The position numbers were made by a program, and so were the translations under genes. A stretch of DNA of 64,000 nt from Candidatus Amphirhobacter sp. Lineage in GTDB: Bacteria; Pseudomonadota; Gammaproteobacteria; Tethybacterales; Tethybacteraceae. This document shows, piece after piece, positions 1 through 9,090 of this stretch (position 1 is its first letter; each line of letters starts with the position of its first letter). The notes below the pieces were generated by a model. The model was not told the origin of the DNA. It did not search any database and saw nothing but the letters and a program-made list of their open reading frames with translations. The stretch covers positions 1,529,537 to 1,593,536 of the forward strand of contig OZ244940.1 in assembly GCA_965222035.1 (NCBI GenBank), in the 5' to 3' direction.

Positions 1-990
1 GGCCTGTACATCGACCAGGACCGCGGCATCATCCGGGTGGTCTCGCCCATCGACGACTCGCCCGCCGCCCGCAAGGGGCTGCGCGCGAACGACTTCATCG
101 TCGAGATCGACGGCGAGAGTACCGAGGGCATGGCGGTGAGCGCGGCGGCCGATCTCATGCGCGGCAAGCCCGGGACGCCGGTGACCCTGTCGATCGTGCG
201 GCTCAGCGACGACGAGCGCGATGACTTCGAGGTCGAGATCGTGCGCGAGGAGATCAACTCCCCTTCGGTGCGCTCGGCGCTGGGGCCCGACGGCATCGGC
301 TTCGTGCGCATCTCGCAGTTCCTGCGCAGCAACCGCACTTCCAAGGAATTGGCCGAGGCGCTCGACGAGCTGTATGCGGAGAACGGCGCGCCGCTGCGCG
401 GGCTCATCATCGACCTGCGCAACAACCCCGGCGGCGATTTGCAGGCGAGCATCTGCGTGGCCTCGGTCTTTCTCGAGCGCGGCATGACGGTGGTTAGCGA
501 CCGCGGGCGCACGAGCAACAGCGAGCACAAGTCCGACCTGTCCTCGTGCCAGGCTCCCTACAACGTCAGCGAGCTGCGACAGGTCAACATCGCGCTGCTG
601 GTGAACAACGGCTCGGCCTCGGCCTCGGAGATCGTCGCCGGCGCCTTGCAGGACAACAGCCGGGCCGAGATCGTCGGGACCGCTACCTTCGGCAAGGCCT
701 CGGTGCAGCGCATCTTCAACATCGAGGCGACCGACTACAAGTCGGCGATCAAGCTGACTTCGGCCCGCTACTACACGCCGGCGGGCAAGTCGATCCACAA
801 GGTCGGCATCCAGCCCGACCATGAGATCGAGTTCGAAGCGCCGGAGCGGGAGGAAGAGGAAACCGCGGACATCAAGGCCGACGAGCTCACCAATCTCAAG
901 GAAGTGACCGAGAAGAAGACCTCAGTGCTGCCGCTGGACGACAACCAGTACGACAAGGCGCTGGCGCTGCTGCAGGCGAAGTTCTCCTGA
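1..990 (+). CDS. ctpA: Carboxy-terminal processing (tail-specific) protease, S41 family; 5' end lies outside the window
   Basis: The reading frame is open from nt 1. It has a PDZ-like segment (GLRANDFIVEIDG) and an S41 peptidase core (GLIIDLRNNPGGDL ... ALLVNNGSASASEI), followed by a C-terminal acidic tail. Confidence 0.8.
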   Translation, partial: GLYIDQDRGIIRVVSPIDDSPAARKGLRANDFIVEIDGESTEGMAVSAAADLMRGKPGTPVTLSIVRLSDDERDDFEVEIVREEINSPSVRSALGPDGIGFVRISQFLRSNRTSKELAEALDELYAENGAPLRGLIIDLRNNPGGDLQASICVASVFLERGMTVVSDRGRTSNSEHKSDLSSCQAPYNVSELRQVNIALLVNNGSASASEIVAGALQDNSRAEIVGTATFGKASVQRIFNIEATDYKSAIKLTSARYYTPAGKSIHKVGIQPDHEIEFEAPEREEEETADIKADELTNLKEVTEKKTSVLPLDDNQYDKALALLQAKFS

Positions 991-1032
991 TTCTTTAGCC
1001 GCCGGAACTCTGGCTGGCAGAGTCAAACGCCA

Positions 1033-1055
1033 CATTGACAACAGCATCGTCAATG
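1033..1055 (+). promoter_or_regulatory. Perfect inverted repeat CATTGAC-N9-GTCAATG 32 nt upstream of the ATPase paralog A1 start; candidate operator
   Basis: Read directly from the sequence. It lies in the ctpA-ATPase intergenic region. Confidence 0.3.
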
Positions 1056-1086
1056 CCAGATACCGCAGCGGGCTTAAAATACAGCC

Positions 1087-2283
1087 ATGGCTGAAGAACA
1101 GCGCTCAAACAATCCATTTCGTCCAGGCACAGGCTTTGCGCCCAAATATCTGGCTGGCCGGGAGCCGGAGCAGGCCTTGCTGAAGGGGGCGCTGGATGCG
1201 ATCTGCGGCGAGCGGGATGGCAGGTATGGCCCTTTGATCGACGGGGCGCCCCGGCCTTTGAATATCATCGGCCCGCGCGGAGCGGGCAAGACAGCGCTGC
1301 TGACTTGGGCGGAGCGCGAGATCGAGCCCACGAAGGCTGACGTCGTGCGCCTGGCCGATCCGCCGGACGGCGATTCAGAGAAAGGACCCTCCATATTCCT
1401 GCGCAAGCTGGCGGACATCCCGGGCTTTGACTGGAAGCAGGCCGAAGCCCAGGTGTCCAAGTATTTCCATTTGGCGCGGAACTGGCAGCCGGGCCAGCCA
1501 CCGCTAGAGGACTTCGAGAAGGTCCTGCAGGAGCGCCTGCGGCTCCGTCCGCTGCTGATGTTGATGGACGAGGTCATGCATTTTGATCCGAAGATGCTGA
1601 AAACGATTCTGCAGCAGAGCCAGGTTTTGATGGACCGGGAATGGCCGCTGGCATTGGTGCTGGCGGGTACGCCGGCGCTGGAAGCGCACTTGGATGATGT
1701 GGATGCGACCTTCATTTTCCGCGCCGGGGACATCCACATCAACCGTCTGGAGCCTGAGGCGACGCGCGAGGCTTTGAGCAAGCCGTTCGCGGACCGCGGC
1801 GTCAAGGTGTCGGACGAAGCATTGAAGTTGATGCTGAGCTGGACCGACGATTATCCATTTTCCATCCAAGCTGTGGGCAGCGAAGTGTGGAAGGCCAAGG
1901 AGAAGCAAGGCCGGACGGAGGTGGATGTTGCCTTGGTGCAGAGCACCGCACAAGCTGTGCATAGTGAACGCGGCGGCCTGTATAAAAAGATCTACCGCAG
2001 AATCAAGAATGCCGACTTGCTGGAACAGGCACACAAGGCGGTGGCCTTCATCGAGGCTGATCCCGAGCCTCCGAAACCTGAGCAAGTGATTGACTACCTG
2101 GAGGAAGACACCAGCTTGGAATTCAAAGACGCTCTTGGAATCTACAACCAGCTGCTGGATGCCAGTCTGTTCTGGGAGTTCAATGATGACCGGGTGTACC
2201 CGGCGATTCCGTCATTTTTCAATTATTTCAAGAAAGAATACAAGCAAGGACGCAAAGCAGGACGCGCCAAGCCCAAACCGTGA
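1087..2283 (+). CDS. P-loop NTPase of the Arch_ATPase/AAA_16-like family (paralog A1)
   Basis: N-terminal NPFRPGTGFAPKYLAGREPEQ, Walker A GPRGAGKTALL, Walker B LLMLMDEV, C-terminal AIPSFFNYFKKEYK. It is similar to ORFs 53052..54215, 28207..29409 and 30546..31757. Confidence 0.7.
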   Translation: MAEEQRSNNPFRPGTGFAPKYLAGREPEQALLKGALDAICGERDGRYGPLIDGAPRPLNIIGPRGAGKTALLTWAEREIEPTKADVVRLADPPDGDSEKGPSIFLRKLADIPGFDWKQAEAQVSKYFHLARNWQPGQPPLEDFEKVLQERLRLRPLLMLMDEVMHFDPKMLKTILQQSQVLMDREWPLALVLAGTPALEAHLDDVDATFIFRAGDIHINRLEPEATREALSKPFADRGVKVSDEALKLMLSWTDDYPFSIQAVGSEVWKAKEKQGRTEVDVALVQSTAQAVHSERGGLYKKIYRRIKNADLLEQAHKAVAFIEADPEPPKPEQVIDYLEEDTSLEFKDALGIYNQLLDASLFWEFNDDRVYPAIPSFFNYFKKEYKQGRKAGRAKPKP

Positions 2284-2327
2284 AGTTAAAGGCATAGTTC
2301 CCCAAACTTAGAATCATCGCTGCACCG

Positions 2328-3245
2328 ATGGCCACCAAGTTGCAGCGCGCCCGCGAGCGGCTGGCGCCCGAGCTGGGCGCCTTCTTGGAAGTACTGCAGC
2401 TCGAGGACGGCCTGGCGCAGGCGACCATCGACAGCTACACCCTCGACCTCGACGGCTTCGCCACCTGGCTTAAGTCCGAGCGCAAGCGGGCGCCGGCGCA
2501 GGCGGGCGCCGACGACATCCTGCGGTATCTGGAAGCGCGCGCGGCGAACGGCGTCAAGGGCAGTACTCAGGCGCGGCTGCTCAGCTGCCTGCGGCGCTTG
2601 TACCGCTATTTGTTGCGCGAGGGCATCATCAGCGCCGATCCGACGGTGCGGGTGCGCAATCCGCTGCAGCTGCAGCGCCTGCCGAAGTCCTTGACCGCCG
2701 CGGAGATCGAGGCTCTGCTGCAACAGCCGAAGGTCAACACGTCGCTGGGCCTGCGCGACCGCGCCATGCTGGAGCTGATGTACGCCAGCGGCCTGCGGGT
2801 GTCGGAACTGACCGCATTGCGACTGGAGCAGCTCGGCCACGACGCCCGCTGCGCGCGATTGATGGGCAAGGGCAGCAAGGAGCGGCTGGTGCCCTACGGC
2901 GAGGAAGCGGCGCGATGGCTGGAAGCATACCTGCGCGACGCGCGCCCGCAATTGCTGCGGGCGCCGGTCGACGCGGTGTTCCTGTCGCGGCGCGGGACCG
3001 GCCTGACCCGGCAGATGTTCTGGGTGATCGTGCGCAAGCATGCCGCGGCCGCCGGCATCACCAAGGCCATCTCTCCGCATGCCCTGCGGCACTCCTTCGC
3101 CACCCATCTGGTCGACCACGGGGCTGACCTGCGCAGCGTCCAGCTGCTGCTGGGGCACAGCAACATCTCGACCACCCAGATCTACGTCCAGGTTGCCAAG
3201 GCGCGCCTGCGGCAACTGCATGCCGAGCACCACCCGCGCGGCTGA
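2328..3245 (+). CDS. xerD: Tyrosine site-specific recombinase XerD
   Basis: 305 aa. It has the XerD N-terminal core-binding region (RLYRYLLREGIISADPT), the catalytic RHSFATHL...LLGHSNISTTQIYV and the Tyr motif. Confidence 0.85.
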   Translation: MATKLQRARERLAPELGAFLEVLQLEDGLAQATIDSYTLDLDGFATWLKSERKRAPAQAGADDILRYLEARAANGVKGSTQARLLSCLRRLYRYLLREGIISADPTVRVRNPLQLQRLPKSLTAAEIEALLQQPKVNTSLGLRDRAMLELMYASGLRVSELTALRLEQLGHDARCARLMGKGSKERLVPYGEEAARWLEAYLRDARPQLLRAPVDAVFLSRRGTGLTRQMFWVIVRKHAAAAGITKAISPHALRHSFATHLVDHGADLRSVQLLLGHSNISTTQIYVQVAKARLRQLHAEHHPRG

Positions 3246-6200
3246 CCCGGCCGGCGCGGCCTGGCGCTTTTGGATCGACCGCGGCGGTACGTTCACCGAC
3301 GTCATCGGCATCGACGGCAAGGGCCGGCTGCATGTCGCCAAGATCCCGTCGCGCGAGCAGGCCGAGGACGCGGCCCTGCTCGGCATCCGCGAGCTGCTCG
3401 GCCTCGGCCCGCAGCAGCGCCTGGGGCGCAAGCGGGTCGCGGCGGTGCGCATGGGGACGACGGTCGCGACCAACGCCCTGCTCGAGCGCAAGGGCTGCAA
3501 ACTCGCCTTGCTGATCACCGAAGGTTTCGGCGATGTCCTGCGCATCCGCCGGCAGGACCGCCCGCGTCTGTTCGATTTGTTCCCGCAGCCGCCGCAGCCC
3601 CTATATAAGAAGGCGGTCGAAATCAAGGGCCGGCTGGCGGTAGATGGCACGGAGCTGGCGCCGTTGGACGAGCGCGCGGTCGTGCGCGCGGCCAAGCAGC
3701 TCGCGCGCGCCGGCTATGAGGCCGCCGCCATCGTCGGCATGCACGGCTACGCATATCCCGCCCACGAGCGCCGCATCGCGCGCTTATGCCGCGACCACGG
3801 CCTGGAGCGCGTCTTCATGTCGCATGCGGTCGAAGCGGCGCAGGGCCTGGTCCCGCGCGGTGAGACCACCGTCATCGACGCATACCTGACGCCGCTGCTG
3901 CAAGCACACGTCCAGCGCCTGGCGCAGCGGCTGCCCGGCGTTGACTTGCAGTTCATGCAGTCCAACGGCGGCCTGGTAGCGCCGCGCGGCTTCACCGGCA
4001 GCCGGGCGCTGCTGTCTGGCCCGGCGGGCGGCGTGGTGGGCGCGGCGGCGGTCGCTAAGCGCCACGGCATCAAGCGGCTGGTATCCTTCGATATGGGCGG
4101 TACCTCCACCGACGTCGCGCACTGCCAGGGCGATCTCGAGCGCACGGCCGACGCCTCCATCGACGGCCTGGCGATTGCCACGCCGATGCTGCGCGTGAAC
4201 ACCGTCGCGGCCGGCGGCGGGTCGATCTGCAGCTTTGCCGCCGGCCGCCTGCGCGTCGGGCCGCGCTCGGCCGCCGCCGATCCGGGTCCGGCGTGCTACG
4301 GCCGGGGCGGGCCCTTGACGGTCACTGATTGCAACCTGGTGTTGGGTCGCTTGGATGTTGCTAGTTTTCCTCGGGTGTTGGGCCGCGATGGCCGCAGCGG
4401 GATTGATGTGGATGCGAGCAAGAAGCGGCTGCGCGCCCTGGCGCAAGAGTGCGGCTATCCGGCCAAGCACGACGAGCGCCTGGCTTCCGAATGCATCGAC
4501 GTCGCCATCGAGAACATGGCCAAGGCGGTCAAGGCGGTGTCGCTGGAGCAGGGCCACGATGTGGGCCGCGGCTACGCCTTGGTTGCGTTCGGTGGCGCCG
4601 GCGGGCAGCACGCCTGCCAGTTGGCCGAGCGCCTCGGCATCGGCCGGGTGCTGCTGCATCCGCTCGCCGGGGTGCTGTCGGCCGCGGGCATCGGCCTCGC
4701 AGCGCTGCGGGAAGTGCGCCGGCAGGCGCAGTCGGTACCGCTGGCGGGCAACCTGCGCCTGCTGCGCATGCGCCTGGTCAAACTCGAGCGCGCCGCGGTG
4801 CGGCGCTTGCGCGTGCAGGGCGTGGCGGCCAAGGACATAATCGTCGCGCGCCGGGTACTGCTGCGCTATCCGGGAAGCTCCGCGAGCATCGCGGTGCCGT
4901 GGGGTACGCTCGCGGCGATGCGGCGATCGTTCGCGGCCGAGCACCAGCGCTTGTACGGCCTGGAGCGACCCGCCTTGCGGCTGCAAGTGGCGGCGGTGGA
5001 GATCGAAGCCAGCGGACCGGAGGGCAAATTGCCGCGGCTGCGCCGCGGGCGGATTGCTCCGGTTGCGGAACGGCAGGTATCGATGTTCATCAACGGCCGT
5101 CGTCGTCGCGCGCCGGTCTACCATGCTGAAGCGCTGCGTCCGGGTACGCGAGTAGACGGGCCGTGCCTGGTGCTCGAGAGCACTGCGACCACCTATGTCG
5201 CGCCCGCCTGGCGCGGCCGCGTCGAAGCTGACGGCAGTTTGCTGCTGCAGCATCGGCCAGCCCGCAACCGGCGCCAGCACAGCTCCGCGAGCAGTACCGC
5301 CAAGCCCAATCCCGCGCGGTTGGAGATGTTCCACAGCATCTTCATGAGCGTCGCCGAGCAGATGGGGCATGTCTTGCGCAACACCGCTTATTCAGTGAAC
5401 ATCAAAGAGCGCCTTGATTTTTCCTGTGCGGTCTTCGACGCCAAGGGCGACTTGATCGCAAACGCCCCGCACATCCCGGTGCATTTGGGTTCGATGGGCG
5501 CGACGGTCAAAGCGGCGATCGCGGCCAACCCGCGCATGCGTCCCGGCGACGCCTGGCTGACCAACGCGCCGTCAGCCGGCGGGACCCACTTGCCCGACCT
5601 GACCGTGGTGACGCCGATGTTCCTGCCGCGCGAGAGGAGGCCGCGTTTTTTCCTGTGCTCGCGCGGGCATCACACCGACATCGGCGGGCGCAGCCCGGGC
5701 TCGATGCCGGTTGACGCCACCAGCCTGGCCGAGGAGGGCGTGGTCTTCGCCAATTTTCCCATCGTCAGCGGCGGACGCTTCGCCGAGCGCATGTTCCGCG
5801 CGGCCTTGGCCGGACATGCCTGGCCGGCGCGCAATCCGGACCAGAACGTCGCCGACCTGCTCGCGCAGCTGGCGGCCAACGCCAAGGGCGTCGAGGAATT
5901 GAAGCGCGCTTGCGACGAGCAGGGTCTGCGGGAGGTACTGGCCTATATGGGGCACATCAAGGCCAACGCCCGCCAGGCGGTAGCTGACCTGCTGCCCAAG
6001 TTGCGCAACGGGCGCTTCGCGGTCGAAGCGGACAGCGGCGCGCGCATCCGCTTGAATCTGCAGGTACGGCGCCGGCGCCTGCTGCTGGACTTCAGCGGGA
6101 CCAGCCCGCAGGAGCCGAGCACCATGAATGCGCCGCCGGCGGTAACCCAAGCGGCGGTGTGCTATGTGCTGCGCTGCTTGGTGGATGAGGACATTCCGCT

Positions 6201-6822
6201 GAACGCCGGCTGCCTGGATGCGGTTGCGATCAAGACGCCGGCCGGCTGCATGCTCGCGCCCGGGCCGGAGGCCGCGGTCGCTGCGGGCAATGTCGAGCTG
6301 TCCCAGCTGCTAGCGAGTACCTTGTTGGGCGCTGCGCGGGCTGCGGCAGAATCTCAAGGTACCATGAACAACCTGATCTTCGGCAATGACGGCTTCCAGC
6401 ATTATGAGACCATCTGCGGCGGCGCCGGCGCCGGCCCGGGCCGGCCGGGCGCCGATGCGGTCCACACCCACATGACCAACACCTTGATCACCGATCCTGA
6501 AGTGCTCGAGGAGCGGTGCCCGGTGGTGCTCGAAGAGTTCGCGATCCGCCGCGGCTCCGGCGGCCGCGGCGCGGCGCGCGGCGGCTGCGGGGTGATTCGC
6601 CGCCTGCGCCTGCTCGAGCCGATGGAAGTGATGCTGATCGCGAACAAGCGCCGGGTGCCGCCCTACGGCATGGCGGGTGGCCAGTCTGGCAAGCTGGGCA
6701 GCCAGGCCCTCTATCGCCGGGGCCGGCCGGTAAAGCCGCTGAGTCCGGGACGCTGGCAGGCGCGGGCGGGCGATGTCTTCGAAGTGCGCACGCCGGGCGG
6801 CGGCGGCTGGGGCAAGCCATGA
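3220..6822 (+). CDS. Fused hydantoinase A/B, i.e. N-methylhydantoinase or 5-oxoprolinase (ATP-hydrolysing)
   Basis: N-terminal WRFWIDRGGTFTDVIG (hydantoinase A family) and a C-terminal hydantoinase B-like half, about 1200 aa in total. The start is placed at the in-frame ATG at 3220, which overlaps the xerD 3' end; the longer ORF from 3040 is antisense-noise extension. Confidence 0.8.
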   Translation: MPSTTRAADPAGAAWRFWIDRGGTFTDVIGIDGKGRLHVAKIPSREQAEDAALLGIRELLGLGPQQRLGRKRVAAVRMGTTVATNALLERKGCKLALLITEGFGDVLRIRRQDRPRLFDLFPQPPQPLYKKAVEIKGRLAVDGTELAPLDERAVVRAAKQLARAGYEAAAIVGMHGYAYPAHERRIARLCRDHGLERVFMSHAVEAAQGLVPRGETTVIDAYLTPLLQAHVQRLAQRLPGVDLQFMQSNGGLVAPRGFTGSRALLSGPAGGVVGAAAVAKRHGIKRLVSFDMGGTSTDVAHCQGDLERTADASIDGLAIATPMLRVNTVAAGGGSICSFAAGRLRVGPRSAAADPGPACYGRGGPLTVTDCNLVLGRLDVASFPRVLGRDGRSGIDVDASKKRLRALAQECGYPAKHDERLASECIDVAIENMAKAVKAVSLEQGHDVGRGYALVAFGGAGGQHACQLAERLGIGRVLLHPLAGVLSAAGIGLAALREVRRQAQSVPLAGNLRLLRMRLVKLERAAVRRLRVQGVAAKDIIVARRVLLRYPGSSASIAVPWGTLAAMRRSFAAEHQRLYGLERPALRLQVAAVEIEASGPEGKLPRLRRGRIAPVAERQVSMFINGRRRRAPVYHAEALRPGTRVDGPCLVLESTATTYVAPAWRGRVEADGSLLLQHRPARNRRQHSSASSTAKPNPARLEMFHSIFMSVAEQMGHVLRNTAYSVNIKERLDFSCAVFDAKGDLIANAPHIPVHLGSMGATVKAAIAANPRMRPGDAWLTNAPSAGGTHLPDLTVVTPMFLPRERRPRFFLCSRGHHTDIGGRSPGSMPVDATSLAEEGVVFANFPIVSGGRFAERMFRAALAGHAWPARNPDQNVADLLAQLAANAKGVEELKRACDEQGLREVLAYMGHIKANARQAVADLLPKLRNGRFAVEADSGARIRLNLQVRRRRLLLDFSGTSPQEPSTMNAPPAVTQAAVCYVLRCLVDEDIPLNAGCLDAVAIKTPAGCMLAPGPEAAVAAGNVELSQLLASTLLGAARAAAESQGTMNNLIFGNDGFQHYETICGGAGAGPGRPGADAVHTHMTNTLITDPEVLEERCPVVLEEFAIRRGSGGRGAARGGCGVIRRLRLLEPMEVMLIANKRRVPPYGMAGGQSGKLGSQALYRRGRPVKPLSPGRWQARAGDVFEVRTPGGGGWGKP

Positions 6823-7424
6823 TCGAGATCGTCATCTCCATCGTCGCGGGTTTTGTCTGCGGGATGCTGCCGAGCGCGGTCTTGATGGCGCGTGCGTTCG
6901 GTTTGCCTGATCCGCGCTCGTACGGATCTGGCAATCCCGGCGCGACCAACGTCTCGCGTCAGAACAAATGGGTGGGGAGATTGGTGTTCGTACTCGACTG
7001 CGCCAAGGGCTTGCTGCCCGCGCTAGCGTGCGGGGCACTGCTAGAGTATGAGGGTGCGGCGAGCTTGGCTGCGCTGGCGTCGGTCGCGGCCCACGTCTGG
7101 AATCCGTTGCTGAAGTTCAAGGGCGGACGCGGTGTCGCAACCGGTTTCGGCGGTTTGTTCTCGATCGACTGGCGGCTGGGCCTGCTGGCGGTGGGCATGT
7201 GGCTGACGGTCTACGGCATGGCGCGCATTTCCTCGCTGGCCTCGGTCGGCGCGGTGGTCGCAGCGATGCTGCTGGCGGTCTGGCTGCATCCATTCGGCAG
7301 CCACCCGGCAGTGGCGGCTTCGGGCATAGCGATGATCATTGTCCTGCGACACCGGGACAACTTCAAGAGGCTAAAGGAAGGTACCGAGTCTTCGTTCAAA
7401 GACAAGGGTAAAGACAAGAGCTAG
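6819..7424 (+). CDS. plsY: Glycerol-3-phosphate acyltransferase PlsY
   Basis: MIEIVISIVAGFVCGMLPSAVLMARAFGLPDPRSYGSGNPGATNVSR. Its ATGA overlaps the hydantoinase stop. Confidence 0.9.
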   Translation: MIEIVISIVAGFVCGMLPSAVLMARAFGLPDPRSYGSGNPGATNVSRQNKWVGRLVFVLDCAKGLLPALACGALLEYEGAASLAALASVAAHVWNPLLKFKGGRGVATGFGGLFSIDWRLGLLAVGMWLTVYGMARISSLASVGAVVAAMLLAVWLHPFGSHPAVAASGIAMIIVLRHRDNFKRLKEGTESSFKDKGKDKS

Positions 7425-7486
7425 GCTCTGCAGACTAGATGAAGAAGATTTCGAAAAATGGTAAGATAGGCATGGGAGAGAAAAAC

Positions 7487-7972
7487 ATGAAAATCACCAA
7501 GTTTCTGGGAATCTGTGTAGTCCTTCTTGCTGGAGGGCTACTGTTCCCGAGCGCTGAAGCTCAATGGACGAGCGCTGGGAAACTCTTATCAAAGCTAGGC
7601 GAGCGGGGAAGTAAAAGCGCCTGGAATCTTCGCAAGAAAGTCCCTCGCCAAACTGAATCTCCTGGTGGATCTGGCTACTGGTCAGAAGGTCTTTCTCCCG
7701 AAGAAATTCATGGTGCAGCGTCTGGATTGAGGATAGGGGGTAGTCTTCTCTATAGGCACAACCGGGGCTGCACGGATGAAAACTCTACATCTCCTGAATG
7801 TGATCCCAATCGTGTTGAAAGAACACCTATCGTGCGTACAAATCCTCCGTACTCCGGACGCAGGTTGTGGACGCCGCAAGAGCGTCTAAAGCGTAGGCTT
7901 GGGAATAGCCGTAGCGATATTCAATTAAGGCCGAATAGATTGTGGAGACCGCCCAAGGCGCCGCAAAAGTAG
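7487..7972 (+). CDS. Hypothetical small secreted basic protein in a low-GC islet
   Basis: Signal peptide MKITKFLGICVVLLAGGLLFPSAEAQ. A 160-aa ORF in AT-rich DNA (about 48% GC against about 67% background), so it is unlikely to be a chance ORF. It is R/P/S-rich. Confidence 0.45.
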   Translation: MKITKFLGICVVLLAGGLLFPSAEAQWTSAGKLLSKLGERGSKSAWNLRKKVPRQTESPGGSGYWSEGLSPEEIHGAASGLRIGGSLLYRHNRGCTDENSTSPECDPNRVERTPIVRTNPPYSGRRLWTPQERLKRRLGNSRSDIQLRPNRLWRPPKAPQK

Positions 7973-8009
7973 CGTCTCCGGATAGTTTTAGGAATCATCC
8001 CTTGCGACT

Positions 8010-8204
8010 TCAGGTTTTCCAGCAGGCGTAGAGAATCAACGCAAAGGGTAGCCCGACCAGCGTCCACCCCAGAATCGGCGTGATGAACCATCCGTTCGCT
8101 AAGGATACTAAGAACAGGGTGATCAAAACAGGGAAGCCCATGTAGAGCCAGAAAGCTCTCCAGGCGAAAAGACGCCCAGAACTCATGCGCTTACGCTTTG
8201 TCAT
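8010..8204 (-). CDS. Possible small 2-TM membrane protein
   Basis: The 64-aa ORF has two hydrophobic helices (FWLYMGFPVLITLFLVSL; ILGWTLVGLPFALILYACW) and sits in the same low-GC islet. Confidence 0.25.
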   Translation of the reverse strand: MTKRKRMSSGRLFAWRAFWLYMGFPVLITLFLVSLANGWFITPILGWTLVGLPFALILYACWKT

Positions 8205-8223
8205 CCTATAAAATAAATGAGAA

Positions 8224-9090
8224 TTAAAGCCGAGCGGCCTGCGGCCGCTCGAGGCGGCGCAGCAGCAGAGTCGCCGGGTAGCAGATTGCCAGGTACATAG
8301 CAGCGACCAGCAGCAGGGTCTCGAACAGTCGCCCGGTGGTGGTAGCTACCTCGATGCCGGAGAAGGTGAGCTCCTGGACCGAGATTACGGAGATGATCGA
8401 GGAGTCCTTGACCAGCGAGATTAGCTGGTTGGTGTACGGCGGGATGATTTTGCGGAAGGCCTGCGGCAGGATCACCAGCCGCATCGCCGGCCAGCGGCGC
8501 AGCCCGAGGGCCGCTGAAGCTTCCCACTGGCCCTTGCCGATCGACTGGATGCCGCCGCGGAAGATCTCAGCGACGTAGGCCGCTTCGTACAGCGCGATGG
8601 TGAGCAGTCCGGCGAGCAGGTTCTCGATGAGATCGGCCGGGCCGAACATCCAGGTCAGTGTCGTGCTGCCCTCGACGGCGTCGCCGATGGCTGAGACCAG
8701 CGACGGCGGCAGCACCTGGGTACTGACGAAGAAATAAATCACGAAGATAAACACTAGCGGCGGCATGTTGCGGATGCCCTCGACGTAAGAGTTGCCCAGC
8801 ATGCGCAGCGCCATGATGCGGCTTGAGCTCAGCAGCGCGACCGCCAGGCCGAACAGCGTGCAGGCGACGCCGCCCCACAGCGCCAGGCGTAAGGTCATGA
8901 GAAAGCCCTCGAGCAGCAGGCCCGGGGCCCAGCCGTCCTCGGTGAAGCGGATCATGTACGACAGCGGCTGCTTAAAACTCCAGTTGTATTCGAAGTCGCC
9001 CAGCGTCGCGGCTCCCAGCCACCACAGCCCGCCGACGAACAGCACCGCGAAGAAGATGTTGAGGGCGAGGTCGCGGTGCTTTCCGTTCAC
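8224..9090 (-). CDS. Polar amino-acid ABC transporter permease (His/Gln/Glu-type)
   Basis: Permease signature EAAxALG-like (EASAALGLRRWPAMRLVILPQA). The start is taken as a GTG with a GGAGGA SD, overlapping the upstream permease stop (GTGA). Confidence 0.75.
   Translation of the reverse strand: MNGKHRDLALNIFFAVLFVGGLWWLGAATLGDFEYNWSFKQPLSYMIRFTEDGWAPGLLLEGFLMTLRLALWGGVACTLFGLAVALLSSSRIMALRMLGNSYVEGIRNMPPLVFIFVIYFFVSTQVLPPSLVSAIGDAVEGSTTLTWMFGPADLIENLLAGLLTIALYEAAYVAEIFRGGIQSIGKGQWEASAALGLRRWPAMRLVILPQAFRKIIPPYTNQLISLVKDSSIISVISVQELTFSGIEVATTTGRLFETLLLVAAMYLAICYPATLLLRRLERPQAARL

Noticed and set aside
3040-3219. 5' extension of the hydantoinase ORF (ORF-track start at 3040)
   Set aside because: It would overlap most of the xerD 3' half in another frame. 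The conserved hydantoinase N-terminus (WRFWIDRGGTFTD) begins right after the ATG at 3220.
2328-3245. Tyrosine recombinase considered as an integrase marking a mobile element
   Set aside because: The sequence has the full set of chromosomal XerD motifs and no flanking att-like repeats, so it is treated as housekeeping xerD. Its unusual neighbours (ATPase paralog, hydantoinase) are noted only.
2286-3695. 469-aa ORF antisense to xerD and the hydantoinase
   Set aside because: It has an Arg/Ala/Pro-rich low-complexity translation typical of the antisense frame in 67% GC DNA, and it overlaps two well-supported genes.
3784-5370. 528-aa antisense ORF, and many 60-230-aa ORFs inside the hydantoinase gene
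   Set aside because: The same GC-rich antisense artefact. They have no motifs and overlap a gene with clear family signatures.
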